In this document: one piece after another, positions 44,516 to 54,451 of the stretch | Numbering within the stretch: the stretch's first letter is position 1 | Layout of the letters: the number at the start of each line of letters is the position of its first letter | Source of the DNA: a bacterium | Lineage (GTDB): Bacteria; Verrucomicrobiota; Verrucomicrobiia; Limisphaerales; RI-55 | Length of the DNA stretch: 64,000 nucleotides | Assembly: GCA_031362805.1 (NCBI GenBank) | Contig: JANLTG010000053.1 | Span: forward strand, 42,207-106,206 | Direction of reading: 5' to 3' | Position numbers and translations under genes: made by a program | Notes under the pieces: generated by a model | The model's database searches: none | Told to the model about the DNA's origin: nothing | Seen by the model: the letters and a program-made list of their open reading frames with translations, nothing else

Positions 44516-46870
44516 TCAGCCGTCACCGAGGATTTCCACTTCCGTTTCCAGTTCAATTCCGCGCGCCGCGCGCACACGCTCGCGGAGCACATCGATCAGC
44601 GTCAACACATCACGGGCCGTGGCATTGCCCTCGTTGACGATGAAATTGCCATGCTCCCGCGACACCACCGCACCGCCGACCCGCGTGCCCTTGAGGCCAA
44701 GTTCATCGATCAGGCGGCCGGCGCCGATCGCTTTCGGGTTTTTGAAGATGCAGCCCGCACTGGGCTGCCGGGGCTGGCTTTCCCACCGTTGGTGGCTGTA
44801 ACCATCCATCCGCGCTCGCACCACCTCGGCGTCGGCCGGTGTGCCGCGCAACACGGCCCCAAGCGCGATGTGATTTCGGAAGAGCGGACAACCGCGATAC
44901 TCGACATGCACCTCGCTGGCGGCCCGCTCGCAGACGTTGCCGTGATAATCCATGAACCGGATGGTCTCGATGGCATCGAACAGCCAGGAGCCCATCGCAC
45001 CCGCATTCATCCGCATGGAGCCACCGAGGCTGCCGGGAATGCCCTCGATGAATTCGAGACCGCCGAGGCCGTGCCGGCGCGCCTCGACGGCGATCGTTTT
45101 CAGACGCACGCCGGCGCCCGCGATCACCCGATCATTCTCAACCTTCCACTGGCTGAAATGCGGATTCGCAAGCGAGATGACGCACCCGCGGATGCCGCCG
45201 TCGCGAATCAGCAGATTGCTGCCGCGACCGAGCAACACGAAGGGAATCTGCCGCTGATTGCAAAAGCGCAGCACCGTGGCGAGATCCTGCTCGGAAGCCG
45301 GTTCGGCAAAGAGATCGGCGCTGCCGCCCACCCGCATCGTGGTCCGTTTCGACAACGACTCGTCTTTCAACAGCAATGAATCGGCGGTGAGCTGGCTGCG
45401 CAATTCCTGGAAATAGCCATCGTTGCGACCGGGAGCTTCTTCCCGCAGTTGCGCCGCGAGCGCGTGAGCCACTTGCGTGATGTCCCCTGCGCCGAGGAAC
45501 AGCACGAGGTCGCCCGGCTGCATCGCCGCCCGCACGAGTCCGCTCAGGTGCAGTAGATTGGGAACCTGCTCTACCTGCTGGCCACGGGCGCGGATTGCGT
45601 CCCCCAGCACATCGCTGGAAATGCCCGGGATGGCGGCTTCGCTGGCCGCATAGATTTCAGCGAGCCAGAGCCGGTCGGCTTCCGCGAAGCACGAGGTGAA
45701 TTCCGGCAGCAAATGTTTGGTCCGCGTGTAGCGGTGCGGTTGAAAAGCCACGAGCAGCCGCGCCGGCCGGAGCTGGCGCAAGGACTCCAGCACGGCGCGA
45801 ATCTCCTGCGGATGATGACCGTAATCATCGAACACGCGGAATCGTGAGTCGCGAAAGAGCTCCTGTTGCCGGCGGGCCGCGCCGCGAAAGCCTTCAATCG
45901 CGCGCGCGATTTCATCCGCCGGCCGGCCCAGACGATGCAGCAACGCAATCACGCCGGTGGCGTTGCTCACATTTTTCTCACCAATGATCCGGACCGCAAA
46001 GCTGCCGAGCTTCGAGCCGGCGTGCCAGACTTCAAATCGCGTGGGCGCGTCCGGCAACGCGGTTTGAATTTCGCAACGGTAGTCCGCCGACAGCGAGAAC
46101 CCATAGCTCGTGGTGCCCGCGCGTCCGGCAAACGATTTGACGAGGTGAACGTCATCGGCACACCACACCAGATCGCCGGTGATCTGGCCGGCGAAGCGGC
46201 GGAAGTCCGTGAGCACCTCTTCGAGTCCGGCGTAGTGATCGAGATGCTCGACATCCACGTTGAGGAGGATCGCATGCCGCGGCCGGAACTCGCAGAGCGT
46301 GCCGTCGCTCTCGTCAGTCTCGAGCACGAAAAGGTTTTCCCGCGAGTTGCCCAACGTCTGGCCGTGGCTCCACGCGGCGTGCGGCTTCACCTGCGGCACG
46401 CTCGCGCCGATCGCGTAGGCCGCCGCCACGCCTAAGTTGCGGAGCGCAAACGCCAGCAACGCCGAGGTGGTGGTCTTGCCGTGCATCCCCGCCACACAAA
46501 CGGGGCTGGCAAAGGTGGTCAAGGCCGCCAGCGTCATGGCCCGGCGAGCCAGCGGCCAGCCATGCCGCACGGCGAACTGCAACTCGGGATTGTCCTGCGC
46601 GACCGCCGGCGTGAAGACCACCAACGCGGGCTTGCGGCCGGCCAGGTTTTCCTCCGCATGGCCGATTTGAATTCCAGCCCCTCGCTGCCGGAGTTCCTGG
46701 ATTTCGGAATTGGCGTGCCGATCCGAACCCGCAACTTGAAAACCGAGGTCAAGAAAGAGATTGGCCAGACCGCTCATGCCGCAGCCGCCAATGCCAACCA
46801 GATAAATCAACTCGCCGGCGGCGAGGCCGGCCAGCAGTTCGCGAACTTGTGAGGTGCCGAGCGGGTTCAT
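44516..46870 (-). CDS. murC/murB: Bifunctional UDP-N-acetylmuramate--L-alanine ligase / UDP-N-acetylenolpyruvoylglucosamine reductase (MurC-MurB fusion)
   Basis: 784 aa. The MurC part is roughly aa 1-476 (GIGGCGMSGLA, GMHGKTTTSA, DDYGHHP). A linker reads REEAPGRNDGY. The MurB part is roughly aa 487-784 (TTMRVGGSADLF, LGRGSNLL, GGLEFIEGIPGSLGG, AGCIFKNP). The junction is near nt 45410-45440. Confidence 0.85.
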   Translation of the reverse strand: MNPLGTSQVRELLAGLAAGELIYLVGIGGCGMSGLANLFLDLGFQVAGSDRHANSEIQELRQRGAGIQIGHAEENLAGRKPALVVFTPAVAQDNPELQFAVRHGWPLARRAMTLAALTTFASPVCVAGMHGKTTTSALLAFALRNLGVAAAYAIGASVPQVKPHAAWSHGQTLGNSRENLFVLETDESDGTLCEFRPRHAILLNVDVEHLDHYAGLEEVLTDFRRFAGQITGDLVWCADDVHLVKSFAGRAGTTSYGFSLSADYRCEIQTALPDAPTRFEVWHAGSKLGSFAVRIIGEKNVSNATGVIALLHRLGRPADEIARAIEGFRGAARRQQELFRDSRFRVFDDYGHHPQEIRAVLESLRQLRPARLLVAFQPHRYTRTKHLLPEFTSCFAEADRLWLAEIYAASEAAIPGISSDVLGDAIRARGQQVEQVPNLLHLSGLVRAAMQPGDLVLFLGAGDITQVAHALAAQLREEAPGRNDGYFQELRSQLTADSLLLKDESLSKRTTMRVGGSADLFAEPASEQDLATVLRFCNQRQIPFVLLGRGSNLLIRDGGIRGCVISLANPHFSQWKVENDRVIAGAGVRLKTIAVEARRHGLGGLEFIEGIPGSLGGSMRMNAGAMGSWLFDAIETIRFMDYHGNVCERAASEVHVEYRGCPLFRNHIALGAVLRGTPADAEVVRARMDGYSHQRWESQPRQPSAGCIFKNPKAIGAGRLIDELGLKGTRVGGAVVSREHGNFIVNEGNATARDVLTLIDVLRERVRAARGIELETEVEILGDG

Positions 46871-48063
46871 GGCGCGAGCGAACTCAAAGAGTTGAAAGGC
46901 GAGGCCGCTGGATTCGTTTCGCGCGGGGTAGGCGAGGTCGGATGAAGCCCGGCCCGTTGTTCGGCCGGGAGTCGCGCAAACATCGCATCCACGATGCGGG
47001 TCGCAGCCGCCGGGGACTGCCAGTTCGAAAGCCGTTCGCGCAACGCGGCCAGTTTGGCGGGGTGACTCAGCAACTCAATCAACATCGAGCCGAACTCAGC
47101 GCCGCTGACGTTGCCCTGGTCGACCGCAATGGCGGCACCGCTCCGGGTCATGGCCGCCGCATTGAATTTCTGGTGTTGATCCACCGCCGCCGGAAACGGA
47201 ACCAGGACGGCCGGCGTCCGCGTTATGGCGATCTCCGCGAGCGATGAACCGCCGGCCCGGCTGATGGCCAGCGTGGCAGCGCCCAAGGCATGATGCATCT
47301 CCGCGCAAAAAACCTGGACTAGGGCTTTTACGCCGAGCTGGTGATAGGTGGACTGCACGGCGTCCAGATCGGTGGCACCGGTCAGGTGAATGAATTGGAG
47401 CAAGGGAAAGCGTTCGACCAGCGCCGGCAACGCTTCGCGAGCGAGCCGGTTGAGTCCCGCCGCACCCTGGCTCCCCCCCATAATGAGCAACACTGGATCA
47501 TTCGGCCGCAGGCCCAACGCTTCCCGCGCAACCAACTGGTTCACCGACTGGAACTCGTGCCGAACCGGCGTGCCCGTCACCTGGCTGGGAATCTTGAAGC
47601 GGGCTTGCGCTTCGGGAAAAGCCACGAACGCTTCATCGGCAAAATGCGCCAGCCAGCGATTCGCCCGGCCGGGAATGGTGTTCGAGTCGTGGAGAAAACA
47701 CGCGGCGCCCACCGCGCCACTGGCCAGCACTGGACCCGCACTGGTGAAGCCACCCATCGCCAGCACCAACTGCGGGGCATCGAGTCGGAAGCGGGCGCGG
47801 GCTTGCGTTCGCGAACGGAGCAGCCCACGGACAAACGCAAAGAGTCCACCCCGGATCAAACCGACCGACGGCAGGGCAACGATCTGCATATCCCGAACCA
47901 ACCGGGCCGCCTGTCGATCCACTTCCTTCTCGGATATGAAAAGGGTCACCCGCCCGCCACGCGCCAGCACTTCGCTACCCACGGCAATGCCCGGAAAGAG
48001 GTGACCGCCGGTGCCACCGCAAGCAATGGCCACGTGAGGATGACATTCGGTCCGACTGGTCAT
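46867..48063 (-). CDS. murG: UDP-N-acetylglucosamine--N-acetylmuramyl-(pentapeptide) pyrophosphoryl-undecaprenol GlcNAc transferase
   Basis: IACGGTGGHLFPGIAV and GGSQGA. Overlaps ftsW by 4 nt. Confidence 0.9.
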   Translation of the reverse strand: MTSRTECHPHVAIACGGTGGHLFPGIAVGSEVLARGGRVTLFISEKEVDRQAARLVRDMQIVALPSVGLIRGGLFAFVRGLLRSRTQARARFRLDAPQLVLAMGGFTSAGPVLASGAVGAACFLHDSNTIPGRANRWLAHFADEAFVAFPEAQARFKIPSQVTGTPVRHEFQSVNQLVAREALGLRPNDPVLLIMGGSQGAAGLNRLAREALPALVERFPLLQFIHLTGATDLDAVQSTYHQLGVKALVQVFCAEMHHALGAATLAISRAGGSSLAEIAITRTPAVLVPFPAAVDQHQKFNAAAMTRSGAAIAVDQGNVSGAEFGSMLIELLSHPAKLAALRERLSNWQSPAAATRIVDAMFARLPAEQRAGLHPTSPTPRETNPAASPFNSLSSLAP

Positions 48064-49256
48064 GCGGCCTCCGCAACCGGCACGTCGATGTGCCGTTCAA
48101 ATGGATTCTTTGACTGGGCGCGCGTGGAACCCCGGCGCGCGATGCTCAACAGCAATCCGACGCCCGCGAGGTTGAACATCAGGTTGGTGCCGCCATGACT
48201 GAAGAAGGGCAGAGGGAATCCTTTGTTCGGGAGGATGCTGGTCACAACACCCATGTGGATGAACGCCTGCAAACAGATGAAGAACGTGATGCCCGTGGCT
48301 ACCAGCAGCCCAAACATATCATTGGCATGCCAGGCGACGTAAACGCCGCACCCCAGAAAGATCGCAAACAGCAGCACGGTCCCCAGCGACGCCACCAAAC
48401 CGCCCTGGGTTCCGACCACTGAAAAAATGAAATCGGAATGCTGCAAGGGCACCCCGCGACGAGACGCCGCGCTGGAAGGGTTGTTGTTGAGACCGCTACC
48501 CGCGAGGCCGCCCACCGACAGGGCCCAGCCGGCATTTACCGCCTGATCGGATTTGCCGCCTTTGTGGAGTTCCGGGTGGAAGAGCGCTTCGATGCGCGCC
48601 ATCCGGTTTTCGTTTGTGACCACGAAGCCGCCGACGCAGAGCACCGCGGCGCAAGCGATGGGCAACGCATGGGCCCAACGCACGCCCGCCACCAGAAGCA
48701 TGACCGCAGCAACCGCCCCCAGCGTCAGGGTGGTGCCCACGTCGATCTCCACGAGGATCAATCCCAGCACCGGAACGATGATCAGACCGCAGTAAAGTAT
48801 CCCGTGCTTGAACGTGCCGATCTTTCGCTGGTGACGGTCGATGAATGCCGCCAACGCAAGTATCAGGGCGAGCTTGGCGATCTCCGACGACTGCAACTGC
48901 AAGCCGCCAAATTGCACCCAGCGATGGGCGCCGTTGCGCTCCACGCCAACGCCGGGCAGAAACACCAGCACCAGCAGGAGCACGGCAACGCCATAGGCCA
49001 CCCACGCCACCCACGCTTTCCAGCGGCGATAATCCACCAGCGCAAGCGTGCCGCAGGCGATCAGTCCCAAGGCCAGATACATCATCTGGGATTGGAACAG
49101 CCGGGGGTTGCCGGGGGTAACGGCGCTGTACAGCGTGACGCTGCCCAACACGAGCAGGGCAGCCACACAGGTGATGAAAATGGTCGTCGCAGTGCGCATG
49201 CTCAATACTCCCCCGGACGCGACCGGCCACGGGCGCGTCCGGGAGTGGTTTCCCAA
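48060..49256 (-). CDS. ftsW: SEDS-family lipid II polymerase/flippase FtsW
   Basis: 10-TM profile, LQSSEIAKLALIL, LPNKGFPLPFFSHGGTNL. In the dcw position. Confidence 0.9.
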   Translation of the reverse strand: MGNHSRTRPWPVASGGVLSMRTATTIFITCVAALLVLGSVTLYSAVTPGNPRLFQSQMMYLALGLIACGTLALVDYRRWKAWVAWVAYGVAVLLLVLVFLPGVGVERNGAHRWVQFGGLQLQSSEIAKLALILALAAFIDRHQRKIGTFKHGILYCGLIIVPVLGLILVEIDVGTTLTLGAVAAVMLLVAGVRWAHALPIACAAVLCVGGFVVTNENRMARIEALFHPELHKGGKSDQAVNAGWALSVGGLAGSGLNNNPSSAASRRGVPLQHSDFIFSVVGTQGGLVASLGTVLLFAIFLGCGVYVAWHANDMFGLLVATGITFFICLQAFIHMGVVTSILPNKGFPLPFFSHGGTNLMFNLAGVGLLLSIARRGSTRAQSKNPFERHIDVPVAEAA

Positions 49257-49261
49257 CCAAC

Positions 49262-50104
49262 CTACTGATTCGAGGCCGAGGCGGCAGGCAGGATCAGCTT
49301 CTGGCCGACCTTGATGTTGCTGCCTTTGATGCCGTTGGCTTGCTGGAGTTGCTTGACCGTGACTTTGTGGTCCCGGGCAATCTTCGTCAGCGTATCGCCG
49401 GACTTGACCGTATAACTGGCTTCGGACTTGGCCGCGCTGGCCGGCCCGCCATCGGGTATCGGTGGGGTTTGCGGCGTCACGTCGGCCGGCAATTCCAATA
49501 CCTGGCCGACCTTGAGTTTCCGGGAATCCACATTCGGATTGGCGGCCGTCAGGGCTTTGAGGGTGACCTTGTGCTTCTTGGCGATTGTCGTGAACGTATC
49601 CTTCGGCACGACCGTATACTTCACGGTTGCGGGTGCCGGTTCGGGCTCTTTAAACATGGTGGTCGGATCGCCGGTGACCGGCGGAAATCCGCCGTTCGAG
49701 GATGTGCCAGGAACAAGCGGGCCACCCGGCTGAGCGCCGAACGGCGAAAGCGCGTTGGTGGGCGCGGTGCCTCCCTGAATGCCGTCGGCCCCGAAGGGAT
49801 TGTGGAAATTGGTATCCACGTTCGGAATCACGATGGCGTTGGTTGGCATGTTGAGATCGCCGAACGGCGCGCTGCTGTCCGGCCCAGGAGCGCCCGGGGT
49901 GGGCGACGACGCCAGCGGATCAATCCCGCTCGTATCGGCAACCTGGGTCGTCGGCTCTGGTTTGCAACCGAGGAACAACAAGCCCCCCAGGACAATGCCG
50001 TGCAGGGCGAGGATGGAGCTGACGACGATTTTCGTGGCGGAGCGCTTCTGGTGTTGCTGGGCCTCCAGGGAGCCCTGGGGAAGGAGTGGGTTGGGTGTGT
50101 TCAT
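49262..50104 (-). CDS. Membrane-anchored protein with two C-terminal LysM domains
   Basis: N-terminal TM segment IVVSSILALHGIVLGGLLFLG, a P/G-rich linker, then YTVVPKDTFTTIAKKHKVTLKALTAANPNV...GQVLELP and YTVKSGDTLTKIARDHKVTVKQLQQANGIKGSNIKVGQKLILP. Confidence 0.75.
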   Translation of the reverse strand: MNTPNPLLPQGSLEAQQHQKRSATKIVVSSILALHGIVLGGLLFLGCKPEPTTQVADTSGIDPLASSPTPGAPGPDSSAPFGDLNMPTNAIVIPNVDTNFHNPFGADGIQGGTAPTNALSPFGAQPGGPLVPGTSSNGGFPPVTGDPTTMFKEPEPAPATVKYTVVPKDTFTTIAKKHKVTLKALTAANPNVDSRKLKVGQVLELPADVTPQTPPIPDGGPASAAKSEASYTVKSGDTLTKIARDHKVTVKQLQQANGIKGSNIKVGQKLILPAASASNQ

Positions 50105-50127
50105 TTGGTTTGGTTGTTCAGTTAAAT

Positions 50128-51552
50128 TTACATTCTATGGCCGGTCTTGGCGCATGGCGCTAACCGGTTTTCATCGGCGGATTCTGCCTGCAACTCCAGC
50201 ACAACCTGTCGAAAAACGTCGCCCCGGTGCTGGTAGTTCCGGAACATGTCAAAGCTGGAACAGGCGGGCGAAAGCAAAACGACGTCACCCGGACGAGCGG
50301 CTTCGGCGGCGCGCCGGACGGCCTCGGCCAGCGAATCCACCAGGTGGCACGGAGTAAACAGACTCCACGCCGCGCGAATCTTCTCACGCGTTTCGCCTAA
50401 AAGAAAAGCACCTTTGACGCGATGTGACAGCAACGGGCCGATGTCGTGGTATTCGAAGCCCTTGTCCTTGCCGCCCGCGATGAGCCAGACGTTGGGCTCG
50501 CCCGCCGGCGCCGGGGCCACGGACTCGATCGCCCGCGCCGTCGCATCGACATTGGTGGCCTTGGAATCGTTGATGTACCGCACCCCACCGAGCTCCGCCA
50601 CCGGCTCGCAGCGGTGCGGTGCCGGTGCATAATTTTTCAGCGCGAGGATCACCGGCTTCAACGGGAGGCGCAGCACGCGGCTGACCGCCAGCGCGGCCAT
50701 CAAGTTCTCGGCATTGTGCGGCCCCGCCACCTTGCACTGCTCCATGCTCAGCAAGGGGCCTGTCCAGTCCGGCAACTGGCTGACAATCAGGCCACGCTCC
50801 AGATAGAGATCCGCCCGGCGATTGTTGGCGCTGTAGGTGATGACCTTGGAGGGAATCTGGATGCCCATCGAGCGCATCTGCGCCAGCGCTTCGCTCTGAA
50901 TGATCGCCCAATCGAAGACTTGTTGATTCAGAAAGATCCGCGCCTTGGCCTGGATATATTCAGCCATCGACGCATAGCGGTCCAGATGGTCCGGCGTCAG
51001 GTTGGTCAGCACGGCGACTGTCGGCCGGAAGTACTGGATGGTTTCAAGCTGGAACGAACTCGCTTCGAGAGTGAGGAAATCCAGGTCGCGAGTCTGATCC
51101 GCCACGTCGCACGCGGCCAGTCCAATGTTCCCCGCAGCCACTGTTTGCCGCCCGCTTTGCGTGAGGATGTTCTCGATCAGCTCGGTCGTGGTGGTCTTGC
51201 CATTGGTACCGGTGATGGCGATGTGAAGACAGACCGACACGCGAAAAGCCAGTTCCAGTTCGCCGATCAAGGGGACTTCCCGCCGCTGCAACTCGGCCAC
51301 CAGCGGGATGCTGGTGGCGATGCCCGGGCTGATCACCGCGAGATCCAGCGGGTGCGCAGGACAAACCATCCGCCCCAACTGTACCCTGGCGCCCTGGGCG
51401 ATGAGCGGCTCGAGCTGCTGCCGCAAGGCTGGATTGTCCGCCGCGTCAACCGCATGGACGGCGGCGCCGCGGCGGAGCAGCAAGGCCGCCGCCGACCGGC
51501 CACTCACGCCGAGGCCGATCACCAACACCTGTTTACCCGTCAAGTCGTACAT
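50128..51552 (-). CDS. murD: UDP-N-acetylmuramoylalanine--D-glutamate ligase
   Basis: VLVIGLGVSGRSAA, ITGTNGKTTTT, and INDSKATN. Confidence 0.9.
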   Translation of the reverse strand: MYDLTGKQVLVIGLGVSGRSAAALLLRRGAAVHAVDAADNPALRQQLEPLIAQGARVQLGRMVCPAHPLDLAVISPGIATSIPLVAELQRREVPLIGELELAFRVSVCLHIAITGTNGKTTTTELIENILTQSGRQTVAAGNIGLAACDVADQTRDLDFLTLEASSFQLETIQYFRPTVAVLTNLTPDHLDRYASMAEYIQAKARIFLNQQVFDWAIIQSEALAQMRSMGIQIPSKVITYSANNRRADLYLERGLIVSQLPDWTGPLLSMEQCKVAGPHNAENLMAALAVSRVLRLPLKPVILALKNYAPAPHRCEPVAELGGVRYINDSKATNVDATARAIESVAPAPAGEPNVWLIAGGKDKGFEYHDIGPLLSHRVKGAFLLGETREKIRAAWSLFTPCHLVDSLAEAVRRAAEAARPGDVVLLSPACSSFDMFRNYQHRGDVFRQVVLELQAESADENRLAPCAKTGHRM

Positions 51553-51564
51553 AGGATATTTTGC

Positions 51565-52719
51565 TTAGCGCGTTTTCAATGTACTCAAGGCCACGAGGCC
51601 GCAGAGAATACCCAAAACATAAAACCGGGTCACTACCTGGGATTCATACCAGCCAAGCTTTTCATAGTGGTGATGCAGGGGCGCCATGAGGAACACCCGG
51701 CGGCCGGTACCAAAGCGCCACCGGGTGTATTTGAAATAGCTGCGCTGGATCAAGACGGACATCGCCTCCAGCACGAACACGCCCCCCGCGATCACCAGCA
51801 CGAGCGGTTGATGGATCAGCACCGCGATGATGCCCAGCGCGCCCCCCAGCGCAAGCGAGCCGGTGTCCCCCATGAACATCTGGGCCGGATGGCAGTTGAA
51901 CCACAGGAATCCAAGCCCGGCACCAAACATGGCCGCGCAAAAGATCGTCAGCTCACTCGCGCCCGGCGCCCACGATATGAAAAGGTAGTCGGCGAACACC
52001 TTGTTGCCGGCGACATAGGTCAGAATCGCAAACACCAGGGCAACGATCACGGTCAATCCGATCGCCAGCCCATCGAGGCCGTCGGTGAGATTCACCGCGT
52101 TCGAGCTGCCGACGATCGCGAACACCGTCAGCGGAATTCCCAGCCACGCGGCCCCGGTCAGGATCGGGTATTTGTAGAAGGGCACCATGATGTCGGTCAC
52201 CAGATGCCGGGTGGCCGGCAATTGCCAGAGATAGACCGCGATGAAGATCGCGAGGCCGAACTGCACCACCAGCTTCACGAATTCGGTGGTGCCGGCGCCG
52301 CTCTGCTTGGTGATCTTGGCGTAGTCGTCGTAAAAGCCGAGGCCGGCAAAGACCAGCACGCTGAGCAGCGTCAACTGCACCAGGGTGTTCCACTGCGCCC
52401 AGAGCAGCGCCGTCAGATCCATGATCAACACGAGCATGATGCCCCCCATCGTCGGCGTGCCTTTCTTGCTCAGCACGCGAGCCTTGAGGTCGCCGCCTTC
52501 TTCCGCTCGATCCGTGTATTCCTGACCAAATTTCAAGCCTTTGAGCCAGCGGATGAACACGGGGCCCCACCAGAGACTGAGCAACAACGCGGTCACCGCC
52601 GCGCCCGCGCCCCGAAACGTCACGTAGCGAAAGACGTTGAAAGCCGCGCCGAAGTGTTCCCACTCCGTGCCCTTCGTCGTCTCCGTGATGTAGATGCTCA
52701 GGTAATAAATCATCGTCAA
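51565..52719 (-). CDS. mraY: Phospho-N-acetylmuramoyl-pentapeptide transferase
   Basis: KKGTPTMGG, NAVNLTDGLDGLA, MGDTGSLALGG, and APLHHHYE. Confidence 0.95.
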   Translation of the reverse strand: MTMIYYLSIYITETTKGTEWEHFGAAFNVFRYVTFRGAGAAVTALLLSLWWGPVFIRWLKGLKFGQEYTDRAEEGGDLKARVLSKKGTPTMGGIMLVLIMDLTALLWAQWNTLVQLTLLSVLVFAGLGFYDDYAKITKQSGAGTTEFVKLVVQFGLAIFIAVYLWQLPATRHLVTDIMVPFYKYPILTGAAWLGIPLTVFAIVGSSNAVNLTDGLDGLAIGLTVIVALVFAILTYVAGNKVFADYLFISWAPGASELTIFCAAMFGAGLGFLWFNCHPAQMFMGDTGSLALGGALGIIAVLIHQPLVLVIAGGVFVLEAMSVLIQRSYFKYTRWRFGTGRRVFLMAPLHHHYEKLGWYESQVVTRFYVLGILCGLVALSTLKTR

Positions 52720-54113
52720 CCGCCGTTCCCGAAGCTGGGGCGCAACATCTCGATCAATCGTTCCAAACGGGCCGTGCGCGAGGCCTTCAAGAGCAACGCG
52801 TCACCGTCCTGCAGAAAATTCCTCAGCACTCCGGCCAGTTCATCAAGACTGGTCACAGCTTCAGTGTCCGTGAGCCCGGCCGAACGGGCGGCTTCCACCG
52901 TGGCCACCGCCTGCTGGCCGATGGCGAACAAGGTGCCGATCTTCAACTGGGCCGCCAGGCGCCCGATCTCTTCATGGCCACCGCGCGCGTGGCGTCCCAA
53001 CTCCGCCATGTCACCCAAGACCGCAATGCGCCGACCCCGCACCGGCAGTTCCGCCAGCGTTTCGAACGCCACCCGGGTGCTGTCCGCGTTGGCATTGTAA
53101 GCATCGTTCAACAACTGCACGCCGCCCAGCCGCGAAAGCTCCATGCGCATCTTGGCTGGCTGACAAGCGCGCAAACCGGCGGCGAGTTGCTCGCGCTCCA
53201 GTCCCAGACTCGCACCGACCGCGAGCGCCAGGAGGGCGTTGGACACCTGGGGCCGGCCGAGCAGATTTAGTTCATATACTCCGGACAACTCCGGCCGCGG
53301 GGCCTCGACCGTGAAGCGATAGCCGCTGCCGTGAAACTGCACGTCGCGCGCCCGCCATTTGTTGGTGGGACCAGTACCAACGCTGATCACCGTCGCCCGG
53401 GTACGAGCGGCAATCTCATCGCCCCCGATGGAATCGCCATTCAGGAACAGGAAACCGGTGGCGGGCAACATTTCGGCGAGCACACCTTCCTCGGCGATAA
53501 CCCCATTCAAGTCCCCAAAATATTCGAGGTGTTCGCGGCCGATACAAGTGATGACGCCCATCTGGGGATCGACCTGACGGATCAACGGTGCCAATTCGCC
53601 AGGATGATTGGTGCCGATCTCGACCACGGCCGCCCGATGGCTCGATGCCAGACGCAAAAGCGTCAGCGGGACGCCGATGTCGTTGTTGAAACTTGCTTCG
53701 CTGGCCAGCACGGGAAACTTCTGACCCAACACCGCCGCCAAAATCTCCTTGGTGCTGGTTTTGCCGTTCGAACCCGCGACCGCGATGATCGGCAGATTGA
53801 AATCCTGGCGGTATTGAGCCGCCAACCGGCCCAGCGCCAGGCGCGGATCGTCCACGCGCACGACGCCCACGGCCGGGTCGATTTCCGCTGTTGGAAAGTC
53901 ACGTCGCACGACCACCCCCGCCACGCTGCGCCGGGCCACTTCCGCCACAAATTCGTGGCCGTCAAACCGATCGCCCCTGACCGCGACAAACAACTCACCG
54001 GGCTGCACTTTGCGGGAGTCCGTGCTCACGCCGCGCACTAAGCCATTGGGCGTGCCGCCGGACAATTCACCGGCGGTGGCCTGAGCGAGATAGTTGAGAG
54101 TGCGAGGTTCCAT
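52716..54113 (-). CDS. murF: UDP-N-acetylmuramoyl-tripeptide--D-alanyl-D-alanine ligase
   Basis: AVAGSNGKTSTKE, LEIGTNHPGE, and NDAYNANADS. Confidence 0.9.
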   Translation of the reverse strand: MEPRTLNYLAQATAGELSGGTPNGLVRGVSTDSRKVQPGELFVAVRGDRFDGHEFVAEVARRSVAGVVVRRDFPTAEIDPAVGVVRVDDPRLALGRLAAQYRQDFNLPIIAVAGSNGKTSTKEILAAVLGQKFPVLASEASFNNDIGVPLTLLRLASSHRAAVVEIGTNHPGELAPLIRQVDPQMGVITCIGREHLEYFGDLNGVIAEEGVLAEMLPATGFLFLNGDSIGGDEIAARTRATVISVGTGPTNKWRARDVQFHGSGYRFTVEAPRPELSGVYELNLLGRPQVSNALLALAVGASLGLEREQLAAGLRACQPAKMRMELSRLGGVQLLNDAYNANADSTRVAFETLAELPVRGRRIAVLGDMAELGRHARGGHEEIGRLAAQLKIGTLFAIGQQAVATVEAARSAGLTDTEAVTSLDELAGVLRNFLQDGDALLLKASRTARLERLIEMLRPSFGNGG

Positions 54114-54115
54114 GT

Positions 54116-54436
54116 TCAGGCCCGGCTGCCGCTAGGGATCGCCATCAAGCTAACAGTCCAATGGCGGGGGATGGTCACCAAACAGGGCAGCGGCTTGCGG
54201 CGGCAGTGGCTTTTGCCCACCAGCGCGGACACCGATGCAGCCGGAAGATTTTTCGTGTCCGGGTGGGGCGCAGCAACAGGCAACAGGTTCAACTGCTTTA
54301 GGAATGCGATGTGCCGAATCAACGCGCGGCTGACGGACTCCAGCCACTGCGCTGCGCCTGGGTCCAGCAAAGAAGGTGCGAACTCGGCGAGAATGCGCGG
54401 GTCGATGCGGCGGTTCATTGTTTTACTATTGTTCAA
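54116..54436 (-). CDS. Hypothetical small protein between murE and murF
   Basis: 106-aa ORF filling the murE-murF gap, with 15-nt and 2-nt spacers. No motif recognised. Coding status is uncertain. Confidence 0.3.
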   Translation of the reverse strand: MNNSKTMNRRIDPRILAEFAPSLLDPGAAQWLESVSRALIRHIAFLKQLNLLPVAAPHPDTKNLPAASVSALVGKSHCRRKPLPCLVTIPRHWTVSLMAIPSGSRA

Positions 54437-54451
54437 GTTTTTGCGCGGTTG

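Noticed and set aside
43277-45379. 700-aa plus-strand ORF
   Set aside because: Antisense to ddl and murC::murB, with the same compositional artefact and no recognisable domains.
50446-53100. 884-aa plus-strand ORF
   Set aside because: Antisense to murD, mraY and murF, which carry unambiguous signatures. The translation is R/H/D/Q-rich and low in complexity.
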